Notes under the pieces: generated by a model
The model's input: the letters and a program-made list of their open reading frames with translations, nothing else
Told to the model about the DNA's origin: nothing
Databases searched by the model: none
Source of the DNA: an uncultured Planctomycetota bacterium
GTDB lineage: Bacteria; Planctomycetota; Planctomycetia; Pirellulales; Lacipirellulaceae
Assembly: GCA_963719315.1 (NCBI GenBank)
Contig: CAVRBU010000002.1
Span: forward strand, 1,984,001 to 2,048,000
Direction: 5' to 3'
DNA length: 64,000 bases
Translations under genes and position numbers: made by a program
In this document: positions 53,024-61,937 of the stretch, piece by piece
Layout of the letters: each line of letters starts with the position of its first letter
Numbering within the stretch: the stretch's first letter is position 1

Positions 53024-54730
53024 ATGGCAGATTTGGGCAAATTTCTGGTAGGCCGCGGAATCATTGGTCCGGAGCAGTTGGCCGAGGCCGCGGCGATCGC
53101 CAAAAACAACGGCGGCAAAGTCCACGACATCCTCGTCAAGCAGGGCTACGCGACGAGCGAGCAGGTCATGCAGGCCATGGCCGACATGGAGGGCTACGAA
53201 TTCTTCGACCTCCGCGATGTGCCGATTCCGCCCTCCGTTGTGGAATTGGTGCCCGAGTCGGTCGCCCGCGAAAACGCCGTTATTCCATTGGCGGAGGAAG
53301 ACGGGGCGCTCAAGGTGTTGGTGAGCGATCCGTTCGATTATGAAACTTTCGAGAAGCTGCAGTTCATTCTCAATCGCAAGGTGAACATCGCGCTTGCCAC
53401 GCGCGAAAGCATCCTGGAAGCCATTAACCGCAATTATGGCCAAATGGGTGACGAAAGCGCCGACTCGATGCTGCAAGAGTTCACGGATACCGCGATTGAT
53501 TTTACGGAAACTGATGATGATGGCAGCGGCGAGGGGGGCGGCGACGATGTCGATGAAACGAGCGCGCCGATCGTGCGGTTGGTGCAGCTCATGATCGGCG
53601 AAGCGGTGCAACTGCGGGCGTCGGATATCCACATCGAGCCATTCGACGATCGAGTGCGGATTCGCTACCGGATCGACGGTGTGCTGGTCGAACGGGATAG
53701 CCCGCCGCGGCGGTTGCTGGGCGCATTAATCTCCCGCGTCAAAATTCTGGCCAAGATGGATATTGCCGAGCGACGCCGATGCCAGGACGGCCGGATCAAG
53801 ATCACGGCCGGGGGCAAGGAGCTCGATCTGCGGGTAAGCATGATGCCGACAAGCCACGGCCAGACGTGCGTGATGCGGCTTTTGGACAAGGAAAACATCA
53901 AAGTCGGCGTGCGACAACTTGGCCTCTCCGAAAGAGACTTCAAGAAGTTCAAGGGCCTGATCAAACGGCCGAACGGAATCGTGCTCGTAACGGGGCCTAC
54001 GGGCTCGGGAAAGACGACCACCCTTTACGCCGCCCTGAACGACCTAAATCGCCCAGATCGCAAGATCATTACCGCTGAGGACCCGGTCGAATACTACCTG
54101 CCGGGCATCAACCAGGTGGAGGTGAAGCATAGCATTGGCCTCAATTTTGCGCTCATTATCCGAGCAATGCTGCGCCAGGCGCCGAACATCATTCTGGTCG
54201 GTGAGATGCGTGATTACGAGACAGCATCGATGGGAATTCAGGCTTCTTTAACTGGACACCTGGTTTTCAGTACGCTACATACGAACGATGTGCCCGGTGC
54301 TATTACACGTATGGTGGACATGGGAGTGCCTGCATATCTGGTTGCAGGCAGCGTTATTGGCATCCTTGCTCAGCGCTTGGTGCGGGTGGTTTGCTCGAAA
54401 TGTAAGCAGCCCTATACCCCCCGTGAGCAGGAACTGCTGTCGGCCGGCATCACACCGGAGCAAGCAGCGTCGGCGAGCTTTATGAAGGGACGCGGCTGCA
54501 ATCATTGTGGCCACAGCGGCTATCGGGGACGGCTGGGCATCTTTGAGCTGATGACAATGAGCTCCAAACTCCGTGAGCTCGCCTTCCAGGGCGCGAACAC
54601 TCAGGAAATCCGTCGAGAAGCCACAAAAGGCGGCATGTCAACACTTTACGACGACGGAATTCGCAAGGTTCTGGAAGGCATCACCACGATCGAAGAAGTG
54701 CACCGCGTCGCCAAGCGCGTTGAGCACTAA
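53024..54730 (+). CDS. pilB: Type IV pilus/T2SS assembly ATPase PilB/GspE, paralog 1
   Basis: Motifs ASDIHIEP, RYRIDG, GPTGSGKTTTLY, EDPVEY, LRQAPN.I.VGEMRD, TGHLVFSTLHTND, tetracysteine Zn motif. Confidence 0.92.
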   Translation: MADLGKFLVGRGIIGPEQLAEAAAIAKNNGGKVHDILVKQGYATSEQVMQAMADMEGYEFFDLRDVPIPPSVVELVPESVARENAVIPLAEEDGALKVLVSDPFDYETFEKLQFILNRKVNIALATRESILEAINRNYGQMGDESADSMLQEFTDTAIDFTETDDDGSGEGGGDDVDETSAPIVRLVQLMIGEAVQLRASDIHIEPFDDRVRIRYRIDGVLVERDSPPRRLLGALISRVKILAKMDIAERRRCQDGRIKITAGGKELDLRVSMMPTSHGQTCVMRLLDKENIKVGVRQLGLSERDFKKFKGLIKRPNGIVLVTGPTGSGKTTTLYAALNDLNRPDRKIITAEDPVEYYLPGINQVEVKHSIGLNFALIIRAMLRQAPNIILVGEMRDYETASMGIQASLTGHLVFSTLHTNDVPGAITRMVDMGVPAYLVAGSVIGILAQRLVRVVCSKCKQPYTPREQELLSAGITPEQAASASFMKGRGCNHCGHSGYRGRLGIFELMTMSSKLRELAFQGANTQEIRREATKGGMSTLYDDGIRKVLEGITTIEEVHRVAKRVEH

Positions 54731-55193
54731 CAGCTCGGCGCGGGTTTATCGGCGGCAATTATCATGGAATGAGTGGGTGCTGCCCGGGCTTGGCGGCAGT
54801 TCCCGTTTGCGTAGTGCGCCCGGAAATTATCGGGGATTTCTTGAGTTTGTAGTTCGGCGGGCGAATAATTCATTGTTCGCCGCGGAATTTATGTGAACGG
54901 ACGGTCTGTCGGAGTTGGGCGGCTGGCCTTTTCTATTTGCCATCGGCTCAAAGGCAGGTGAATGCGGCGATCAGGGTGTTCGCGACGCCATGCCTGGCTA
55001 GGGGCCCGGGTGTTGGCTGGCGGAGCACCAGATGAGAGAGGCATTCCTTGGCGAGAGCCCGGCAAGCGGGCCGGCTGACGTGCGCCGACGTTCGGCAAAC
55101 GCCGTTTTCCGACGGCAACGCGTCGTTCGCATCCGGTCATTGCACTAATTAGATTACGTTTTTGTCCGCGGGCTCGAATCAGGGGAATGAAGT

Positions 55194-56309
55194 ATGGGAA
55201 CGATTCTCATCGACAAATTGCTCTCGGCGTGCGTGAAGCAGGGAGCGAGCGATTTGCATATCACGGTCGGGCAACCACCCGTGCTGCGTCTGCATGGGCG
55301 GATGACGAAGCTCAAGACGAAAGTCTTGGAGCCGGCCGACACGCAGGCGCTCATGAAAAGCATCACGCCCGACCGCTGCCAGCAAGAGTTTCAGGAAACG
55401 GGCAGTTGCGACTTCGGGTTTTCGTTCGGCGACGCCTGCCGGTTCCGCGTCTCGGTGTTTCGCCAGCGGGGCAGCGTCGCAATGGTGTTGCGGCAAATCC
55501 CCGTGAAGATGTGGTCGATGGACGAGCTCGGCGTGCCACAGGTCTTCAAGGCGCTCATCGCCCGGCCCCGCGGGCTGATTATCGTCACGGGGCCGACCGG
55601 TTCCGGCAAGACGACGTCGCTGGCCGCGATGGTCGATTATCTGAACGACAACTACGACCACCACATCATTACGATCGAAGACCCGATCGAGTTTCAGCAT
55701 CAGCACAAGAAATCGACGATCAATCAGCGCGAGGTGGGCGTCGACGTAACCTCGTTCAAGGAAGCCCTGCGGCGGGCCTTGCGACAGGATCCGGATGTGA
55801 TCCTGGTCGGCGAAATGCGCGACTTGGAGACGATCGAAGCGGCCATCACGGCGGCCGAAACGGGCCATATCGTGTTCGCCACGCTGCACACCTCGAGCGC
55901 GGCCGGCACGATCAATCGCATCATCGACGTGTTCCCGACGAATCAACAGGAACAGATTCGGACGCAGTTGGCGTCGGCCATCATCGGCATCTTGTGCCAG
56001 CAACTGCTCAAGAAAGTCGGCGGCGGGCGCGTGGCGGCGTTCGAAACGCTGGTCGTCACGCCCGGTATCGGAAACCTGATTCGCGAGAACAAGATTTTCC
56101 GCATCACGTCCTCGATTCAAACCGGTGCGCGACACGGCATGATGCTGCTCGACGACCACATTTTCAGTTTGTGGCAGCAAGGATTGATTACGAAAGAAGA
56201 CGGCCTGGGAAAGTGCAACGTGCCGGAAGAGCTGGAGCGGCGGTTCGCCGCGGCAGAACGCGGCATCTTCGACGACCAACCGGGCGAAAACGACGAAAAC
56301 GCCGCGTAA
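55194..56309 (+). CDS. pilT: Type IV pilus retraction ATPase PilT
   Basis: Motifs ASDLHI, GPTGSGKTTSLAAM, EDPIEF, ALRQDPDVILVGEMRD, AETGH, GIGNLIRE (AIRNLIRE box). Confidence 0.95.
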   Translation: MGTILIDKLLSACVKQGASDLHITVGQPPVLRLHGRMTKLKTKVLEPADTQALMKSITPDRCQQEFQETGSCDFGFSFGDACRFRVSVFRQRGSVAMVLRQIPVKMWSMDELGVPQVFKALIARPRGLIIVTGPTGSGKTTSLAAMVDYLNDNYDHHIITIEDPIEFQHQHKKSTINQREVGVDVTSFKEALRRALRQDPDVILVGEMRDLETIEAAITAAETGHIVFATLHTSSAAGTINRIIDVFPTNQQEQIRTQLASAIIGILCQQLLKKVGGGRVAAFETLVVTPGIGNLIRENKIFRITSSIQTGARHGMMLLDDHIFSLWQQGLITKEDGLGKCNVPEELERRFAAAERGIFDDQPGENDENAA

Positions 56310-56314
56310 GAAGC

Positions 56315-56390
56315 GGAAATTGCAAAATGCAAATTGCTAATTGTGAAAGCATTCCTACTCTCAACCCCGAACCCTAAACCCTGAACCCTC
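56315..56390 (+). repeat. Two heptamer arrays (GCAAAWT)n and (AACCCTN)n between pilT and pilB2
   Basis: GGAAATT GCAAAAT GCAAATT GCTAATT ... AACCCCG AACCCTA AACCCTG AACCCTC, ending 3 nt before the ATG. Confidence 0.75.
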
Positions 56391-56393
56391 CTC

Positions 56394-58112
56394 ATGGCAC
56401 ATCGTCGCATCGGACAAGTCCTGGTCGATATGGGGTTCATCACCGATGAGCAGCAAGAGCTGTTGGTCGATGAGCAGCACGAGCATCCGGGCCAATTGCT
56501 GGGCAAAGTGGCCATCGACATGGGCCTCATCAACGAGGAGCAATTGGCCCAATCGCTGGCCGAGCAGTTGTCGCTCAGCACGACTTCGGCCGCCGAAATC
56601 ACGATCAAGAAAGACGTGTTGGCGATGGTCACGGCGCCGATGGCGCAGATGTATCGAATCATCCCCGTCGAGTTCGACGGCGACACGCTGACGGTCGCCA
56701 TGTGCGACCCGCAGAACCTGAGCGTGCAGGACGAGCTGCGAACGTTCCTGGGCTTCAATATTCGCGTGGTCGTGACGACCGAGTCGTCGATGACCGCGGC
56801 CCTGGAGCGGTATTACGGCGAGAGCACCGACAGCGTGGAGAGCATTGTCTCGGCGCTGGAGGACGATAAGGAGCTGGCCGCTGCGGCCGCCGGCATCAGC
56901 GCCGAGGGGCCGATCAACCTGGATGACGTAACGGCCCTGGCCGATAGCGCGCCGGTGCGGAAGCTGCTGAACATGGTGCTGCTGATGGCGATTCGGGAGC
57001 ACGCCAGCGACTTGCACTTCGAGCCGTTCGAGGACGAATTCAAGATTCGGATCAAGGCCGACGGCGTGCTCTACGAAATGGTGCCGCCGCCGCGGCATCT
57101 GGCATTCGCGATTACGACCCGCATCAAAGTGATGGCGAACCTCGATATCGCCGAGCGGCGGCTGCCGCAGGACGGCCGGATCGAGCTCACGGTCGGCGGC
57201 CACCCGGTCGATTTGCGCGTCAGCGTGCTGCCCACGATGTTCGGCGAGAGCGTGGTCATGCGGGTGCTCGATCGCTCGGTGACATCGCTCGATCTGAGTT
57301 CGGTCGGCATGGACGCAGCCACGCTCAAACAATTCCGCGAAGCCATCGAGAAGCCGAACGGCATCGTGCTGGTGACGGGCCCCACGGGCTCCGGCAAAAC
57401 GACCACGCTGTATTCCGCGCTCAACGAGCTCAACAGCATCGAAGACAAATTGATCACGACCGAGGACCCGGTCGAATACGACATGGACGGCATCATCCAG
57501 GTGCCGATCGACGCGGACATCGGCAATACGTTCGCGCACATTCTGCGATCCATTTTGCGGCAGGACCCGGACAAAATTCTGGTGGGCGAGATTCGCGACC
57601 TGGAAACGGCCGAGATCGCCGTGCAGGCCTCGCTCACGGGCCACCTCGTATTCAGCACGCTCCACACGAACGACGCGCCGAGCACGATCACGCGGATGAA
57701 AGACATGGGCGTGCCGACGTTTTTGATCACGGCCACGGTCGAGGCGATCCTGGCCCAGCGGCTCGTACGGAAGGTTTGCCAACAATGCCGCGAGGAATAC
57801 ACGCCCCCGCGGGAAGTGCTCGAAGACTTGGAATTGACGAGCGAGCAGGTGCGCGGCAAGCGGTTTTATCGCGGTGCCGGCTGCGAAGTTTGCAACAACA
57901 CCGGCTACAAGGGCCGCGTCGGGCTGTTCGAATTGATGATCATGAACAACGAACTGCGCGACAAGATCATGGCCAACGCCCAAGCCGATGAGCTGCGGAC
58001 GCTGGCGATCAAGCACGGGATGGTGTCGCTGCGGACGGCCGGGATCAAGTGTTGCTTCGACGGCGTCACGACGCCGGACGAAGTGGTGCGGGAAACAATT
58101 TTGGAGGCGTAA
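56394..58112 (+). CDS. pilB: Type IV pilus assembly ATPase PilB/GspE, paralog 2, with MshEN-like N-terminus
   Basis: RIGQVLVDMGFI MshEN-like motif, ASDLHFEP, ERRLPQDGR, Walker A GPTGSGKT, LRQDPD, CQQC/CEVC. Confidence 0.93.
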   Translation: MAHRRIGQVLVDMGFITDEQQELLVDEQHEHPGQLLGKVAIDMGLINEEQLAQSLAEQLSLSTTSAAEITIKKDVLAMVTAPMAQMYRIIPVEFDGDTLTVAMCDPQNLSVQDELRTFLGFNIRVVVTTESSMTAALERYYGESTDSVESIVSALEDDKELAAAAAGISAEGPINLDDVTALADSAPVRKLLNMVLLMAIREHASDLHFEPFEDEFKIRIKADGVLYEMVPPPRHLAFAITTRIKVMANLDIAERRLPQDGRIELTVGGHPVDLRVSVLPTMFGESVVMRVLDRSVTSLDLSSVGMDAATLKQFREAIEKPNGIVLVTGPTGSGKTTTLYSALNELNSIEDKLITTEDPVEYDMDGIIQVPIDADIGNTFAHILRSILRQDPDKILVGEIRDLETAEIAVQASLTGHLVFSTLHTNDAPSTITRMKDMGVPTFLITATVEAILAQRLVRKVCQQCREEYTPPREVLEDLELTSEQVRGKRFYRGAGCEVCNNTGYKGRVGLFELMIMNNELRDKIMANAQADELRTLAIKHGMVSLRTAGIKCCFDGVTTPDEVVRETILEA

Positions 58113-58235
58113 GACTGAGCACGGAGATTGGAAGGGTTTAGCGCCGGCGGCCACGCCGGATTTCCGTAACGCATTCGGCCTCGCGGTCGACGCAAAACCC
58201 CTCGTCACGACAAGGCACTCAGCAGGATCACAACC

Positions 58236-59564
58236 ATGCCAACATTTCAATTCGAGGCGATGGACGCGACGGGCGCCGAGATCAAAGACGTGATCGAGGC
58301 CCCGACGGAGGAAGAAGCCCAAGCGACGATTCGCCAGATGGGCTACTTCGTCACGAAGATCACGGCCAAGAAAAGCCGCAAGAAGGCGGGAGCGGCCGGC
58401 GCCAAGAAGAAGCGCGGGTTCGTGTTCGGCGGCGTTCGCTCGCGCGATCTGACGACCTTCACCCGGCAGCTTTCGATTCTGCAGGACGCCGGCCTGCCGA
58501 TTCTCCGCAGCCTGCGGATTCTGGCCGGGCAGTGCAAGGCGGGCCGGCTCAAGTACTCGCTGGAAGACACGTGCGAGGAAATCGAGGGCGGCTCGACCCT
58601 CTCCGAAGGCATGGCCAAGAGCCCCAAGTGCTTCAACCGGCTGTACGTCAACATGATCAAAGCGGGCGAGGCGGGCGGTGCGCTGGAGCTCATTCTGCAG
58701 CGTCTCGCCGACTTCCAGGAGCGGGCCGAATCGCTCAAACGCAAAGTCAAGGGCGCGATGATCTACCCGATCGTCGTCGTCACCGTCGCGGTCTGCATCT
58801 TGACGTTCATCATGATCAAGATCGTGCCGGCCTTCCGCGATATTTTCGAGGACTTCGACCTCCCGCTGCCGGTCATGACCGAGCTGCTCGTAGGCGTTTC
58901 GAATTGGTGCGTTCACTACTGGTATTTGATCCCCGGCATCCCGATCACGATCTGGCTGACGGTGAAGCTGATCCGCAAATTCAGGCAAGGCCGGATCGGC
59001 TGGGACCAGTTCATCATCAAGGTGCCGATCTTCGGCAACCTGATCGAAAAGAACATCCTGGCCCGCACGACGCGAACGTTGGGCACGCTCGTGGCCAGCG
59101 GCGTGCCGATTCTCGAGGCGCTCAACATCACGCGCGATACGAGCGGCAACGCTACGTTCGAGAAGATGTACATGAAAGTCTCCGAGGCCATTCGCGACGG
59201 CGAGGCGATCGCCAAGCCGATGAAGGAAAATTCCGTGCCCGGTTTTCACCCGGTCGCGGCGTTCTTCTGGTTCGCGTTCATCGGCGGCCCGATCGGGCTG
59301 TTGATCTATCTCATGAAAATGAGAAAGCGGATCGTGGACGACATCGTCGTGAACATGGTCGATGTCGGCGAGGAGACGGGCGAGCTCGATACGATGCTCT
59401 ACAAGGTGGCCGACACCTACGACGAAGAAGTGGCCGTGCTGACCGAAGGCCTCACGAAGCTGATGGAGCCGCTCCTGATTTTGTTCCTGGGCGGCGCGGT
59501 CGGGTTCATCGTGATCGCGCTGTTCGTTCCGCTGGTGAGTTTGATTCAGAATCTCAGCAAGTAG
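58236..59564 (+). CDS. pilC: Type IV pilus platform protein PilC/GspF
   Basis: Motifs FTRQLS....AGLP, AGEAGGAL, AMIYP, SGVPILEAL, VGEETGELD, LMEP. Confidence 0.94.
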   Translation: MPTFQFEAMDATGAEIKDVIEAPTEEEAQATIRQMGYFVTKITAKKSRKKAGAAGAKKKRGFVFGGVRSRDLTTFTRQLSILQDAGLPILRSLRILAGQCKAGRLKYSLEDTCEEIEGGSTLSEGMAKSPKCFNRLYVNMIKAGEAGGALELILQRLADFQERAESLKRKVKGAMIYPIVVVTVAVCILTFIMIKIVPAFRDIFEDFDLPLPVMTELLVGVSNWCVHYWYLIPGIPITIWLTVKLIRKFRQGRIGWDQFIIKVPIFGNLIEKNILARTTRTLGTLVASGVPILEALNITRDTSGNATFEKMYMKVSEAIRDGEAIAKPMKENSVPGFHPVAAFFWFAFIGGPIGLLIYLMKMRKRIVDDIVVNMVDVGEETGELDTMLYKVADTYDEEVAVLTEGLTKLMEPLLILFLGGAVGFIVIALFVPLVSLIQNLSK

Positions 59565-59700
59565 TGAGTGGCGAGGAGTGAGGAGCGAGTGTAAGTCCTC
59601 CGAAATACGAAGGGAAATCATTATGGATACTTTTTTTACTGCGAAACGTAGGTCGTTGCATAAATCATTCGCTCCTCGCTTCTCGCTCCTCGCCCCTCGC
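59564..59700 (+). repeat. Complementary heptamer arrays (GYGAGGA)x4 / (TCCTCGC)x5 enclosing the start of prepilin 1
   Basis: GTGAGTG GCGAGGA GTGAGGA GCGAGTG (59564-91) versus CATTCGC TCCTCGC TTCTCGC TCCTCGC CCCTCGC (59666-700). Confidence 0.85.
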
Positions 59701-60747
59701 CGAGCGTTTACGCTCGTGGAGCTCCTCGTGGTGATCACGATCATCGGCATCCTAGCGTCGCTGATCACCGTGGCGGCGGTCGGGGCGCTGAAGGCGATGA
59801 ACCGGGCCCGGATCAAGACCGACATCAACGAAATCGCCAACGGGTTCGACGAGTACAAGAACAAAGCCACGGCCTACCCGCCGAATTGCCAGACGGATGG
59901 CGGCGGGCCGCTGCTTGAGGCTGACGTTCTTAACGACTTGCGGCGACATATTAAGCAGTTGGCGCCGCGGTCGCAGGAATCGGATAACTTGGCGCGAGTT
60001 CTTGTCGGACTTGCGGCAGACTCTAGCCTTCCTGATGCCAGTAGCTATAAGCAGTTACTCCCGGGAGGCATTTCCGCCTCCGAGGCCGTCGTGTTCTGGT
60101 TGGGCGGGTTTAGCTCCGATCCGAAATTTCCAATTTCTGGCGAGGGCGGGCCATCATACCCGATTTTGACCCTCGGTGATTCGGCGAACGCCAGCAAGGA
60201 TCCCATTGAAAGCCGCAAGTGGGTCTATCCTTTCGACGTGACTCGCTTGGGCCCCCGCGATTCAAATGGTTACTTCAACGGCCGGTTCATCGAATACACC
60301 GATCCAAAAGGTTCGTTGCGCCGCATCAATTTCTGGCAGAATACGCCGGCGAAGTCGGACCAACCCTATGTGTATTTCGATACATCGCGGCACCCAGCAG
60401 GCGTGATAAGCGGCGCCAAGTTGCTCGGCTACTACGATCCGCCGGCCGCAACGTATAACGGCGCCGGCGACCTGAACTTCGTCTATGCGTTCAAGAAAGT
60501 CAGCGAAACGCCGGTGCCTGGAACACCCGCGATCCAATACATCAACCCCGATAAGTTTCAAGTATTTCACTGCGGCATCGACAACGCCTGGGATACCGAC
60601 AGCTTTAAGAAGATGGCGCCGCGGTACAACTCGATGAACGTGGCGAGCAGCTTCCTGCTGTTCCCGTCCGGTCCGTTCGTGGGCGAAATGGCCGATACGG
60701 AAGTGAACTTCGCGGTCGAGTCGACGATCGAGGATGCACAGAAATGA
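59623..60747 (+). CDS. Large type IV prepilin/pseudopilin-like protein 1
   Basis: [23 protein letters not shown]-methylation motif; 28-aa leader; SD-like AGGGA. Confidence 0.88.
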   Translation: MDTFFTAKRRSLHKSFAPRFSLLAPRRAFTLVELLVVITIIGILASLITVAAVGALKAMNRARIKTDINEIANGFDEYKNKATAYPPNCQTDGGGPLLEADVLNDLRRHIKQLAPRSQESDNLARVLVGLAADSSLPDASSYKQLLPGGISASEAVVFWLGGFSSDPKFPISGEGGPSYPILTLGDSANASKDPIESRKWVYPFDVTRLGPRDSNGYFNGRFIEYTDPKGSLRRINFWQNTPAKSDQPYVYFDTSRHPAGVISGAKLLGYYDPPAATYNGAGDLNFVYAFKKVSETPVPGTPAIQYINPDKFQVFHCGIDNAWDTDSFKKMAPRYNSMNVASSFLLFPSGPFVGEMADTEVNFAVESTIEDAQK

Positions 60748-60750
60748 GAA

Positions 60751-60861
60751 GGGTTGAGAGTTGAGAGTTGAGAGTTTAGGGCGGAGGAAGAGACTATGAA
60801 ACTTATGTTTGCGTCGAGCCGCAATTCCGGCCCTCGACCCTCGACCCTCGTCCCTCGACCC
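60751..60861 (+). repeat. Heptamer arrays (GRGTTGA)x4 / (TCGACCC)x4 enclosing the start of prepilin 2
   Basis: GGGTTGA GAGTTGA GAGTTGA GAGTTTA versus TCGACCC TCGACCC TCGTCCC TCGACCC. Confidence 0.8.
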
Positions 60862-61936
60862 GCCCGCGGCATGACGCTGATCGAGCTATTGGTCGTGATC
60901 ACGATCATCGGCATCCTGGCCGCGTTGGTCCTGGGCGTGGCGGCCGTGGCCGGCGAAACGTCGCGCGAGCAGCATACGAAGCACGTCGTGGAGCGGCTCC
61001 ACACGCTGCTGATGGAGTACTACGGCACGTACAAAACGCGGCGCGTGCGATTGAACCCGACGCTCGAAAACGACATTGAGATCACTAAGTTCTCAGCTTC
61101 GAACAACGCGACCGTCCGCGGACGAGTGCTGGCGGAAGCGCGTTTGTATGCGCTTCGCGAAATGATGCTGATGGAAGTGCCGGATCGCTGGAGCGACGTG
61201 CTCCTGAACGACGTTGGCCCCGCGAGCGGCATGCCATCGAGCACGTGTCCGGGACGCCGCTGTACCTTGCCGGCCGCACCGATTTGTCGAACACCTACTT
61301 GCGCCGCTACCTGAGCCTCGTCGGCCGCACCAACGCCCTCACCGGCCTGCCGAACACGGCGGAAGAGCTCAAACGCAATCAGGGCGCCGAATGCCTCTAC
61401 ATGATCATCACTTTGGCGACGGGCGACGGCGAAGCCAGGTCGCTGTTCGGTGCGAACAATATCGGCGACTCCGACGGCGACGGTGCGCCGGAGTTCCTCG
61501 ACGGCTGGAACCACCCGATCAATTTCCTGCGGTGGGCGCCCGGCTTCGATTCGCAGATCGAACTCGATGCAAATGTCATCGACAACATGCCGATCGATGA
61601 CAGCACAGCTCGGGCCACAGATCGCCAAGGACCACGATCCTTTCGACATGTTCCGTGCGGGGACGCGAATTGCTTTCCGGCTGGTGCCGCTGATTTATTC
61701 GCCCGGCCGCGATGAGGATTCGGGTTTGTATTCCGCCCCCGACCTCGTGGTTTGGCCGCTGGCCACGAGCGTTACGGTAAACCCGTCACAGCCTTATCTT
61801 GACGCCGTTTTTGAGTCCGTATGAGCTCAGTTCGCTACAAAAAGGCTACTTGGGCACGGAGATGAGCATCATCGACCCGACGGTGTCGATAACATCCACG
61901 GACAACGTTCACAATCATTTGCTGGGGAAGAGATAG
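60796..61936 (+). CDS. Large type IV prepilin-like protein 2, interrupted by three apparent frameshifts (about 61243, 61617, 61797); pseudogene or sequence error
   Basis: RG|MTLIELL motif. Successive frames give PDRWSD, AECLYMII..GDSDGDGAPEFLDGW.HPI.F.RWAPGF, HDPFD..FRLVPLIYSPG.D and TDNVHNHLLGKR*, which ends just before the next ATG. Confidence 0.75.
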
Positions 61937-61937
61937 T

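Noticed and set aside
55090..55160. GGCAAAC-stem upstream of pilT resembling a c-di-GMP-I riboswitch
   Set aside because: It lacks the GNRA tetraloop, the GACGCAAA junction and a P3 tetraloop receptor. An Rfam scan would be needed for any claim.
59631..59637. T7 homopolymer in the prepilin 1 leader as an additional phase-variable tract
   Set aside because: Too short to be convincing without read-level evidence.
56361..59870. 1169-aa minus-strand ORF, and similar long antisense ORFs (322-1548, 13013-14362, 45001-46551, 55179-56279)
   Set aside because: These are shadow frames opposite well-supported genes in high-GC DNA, with no recognisable motifs.
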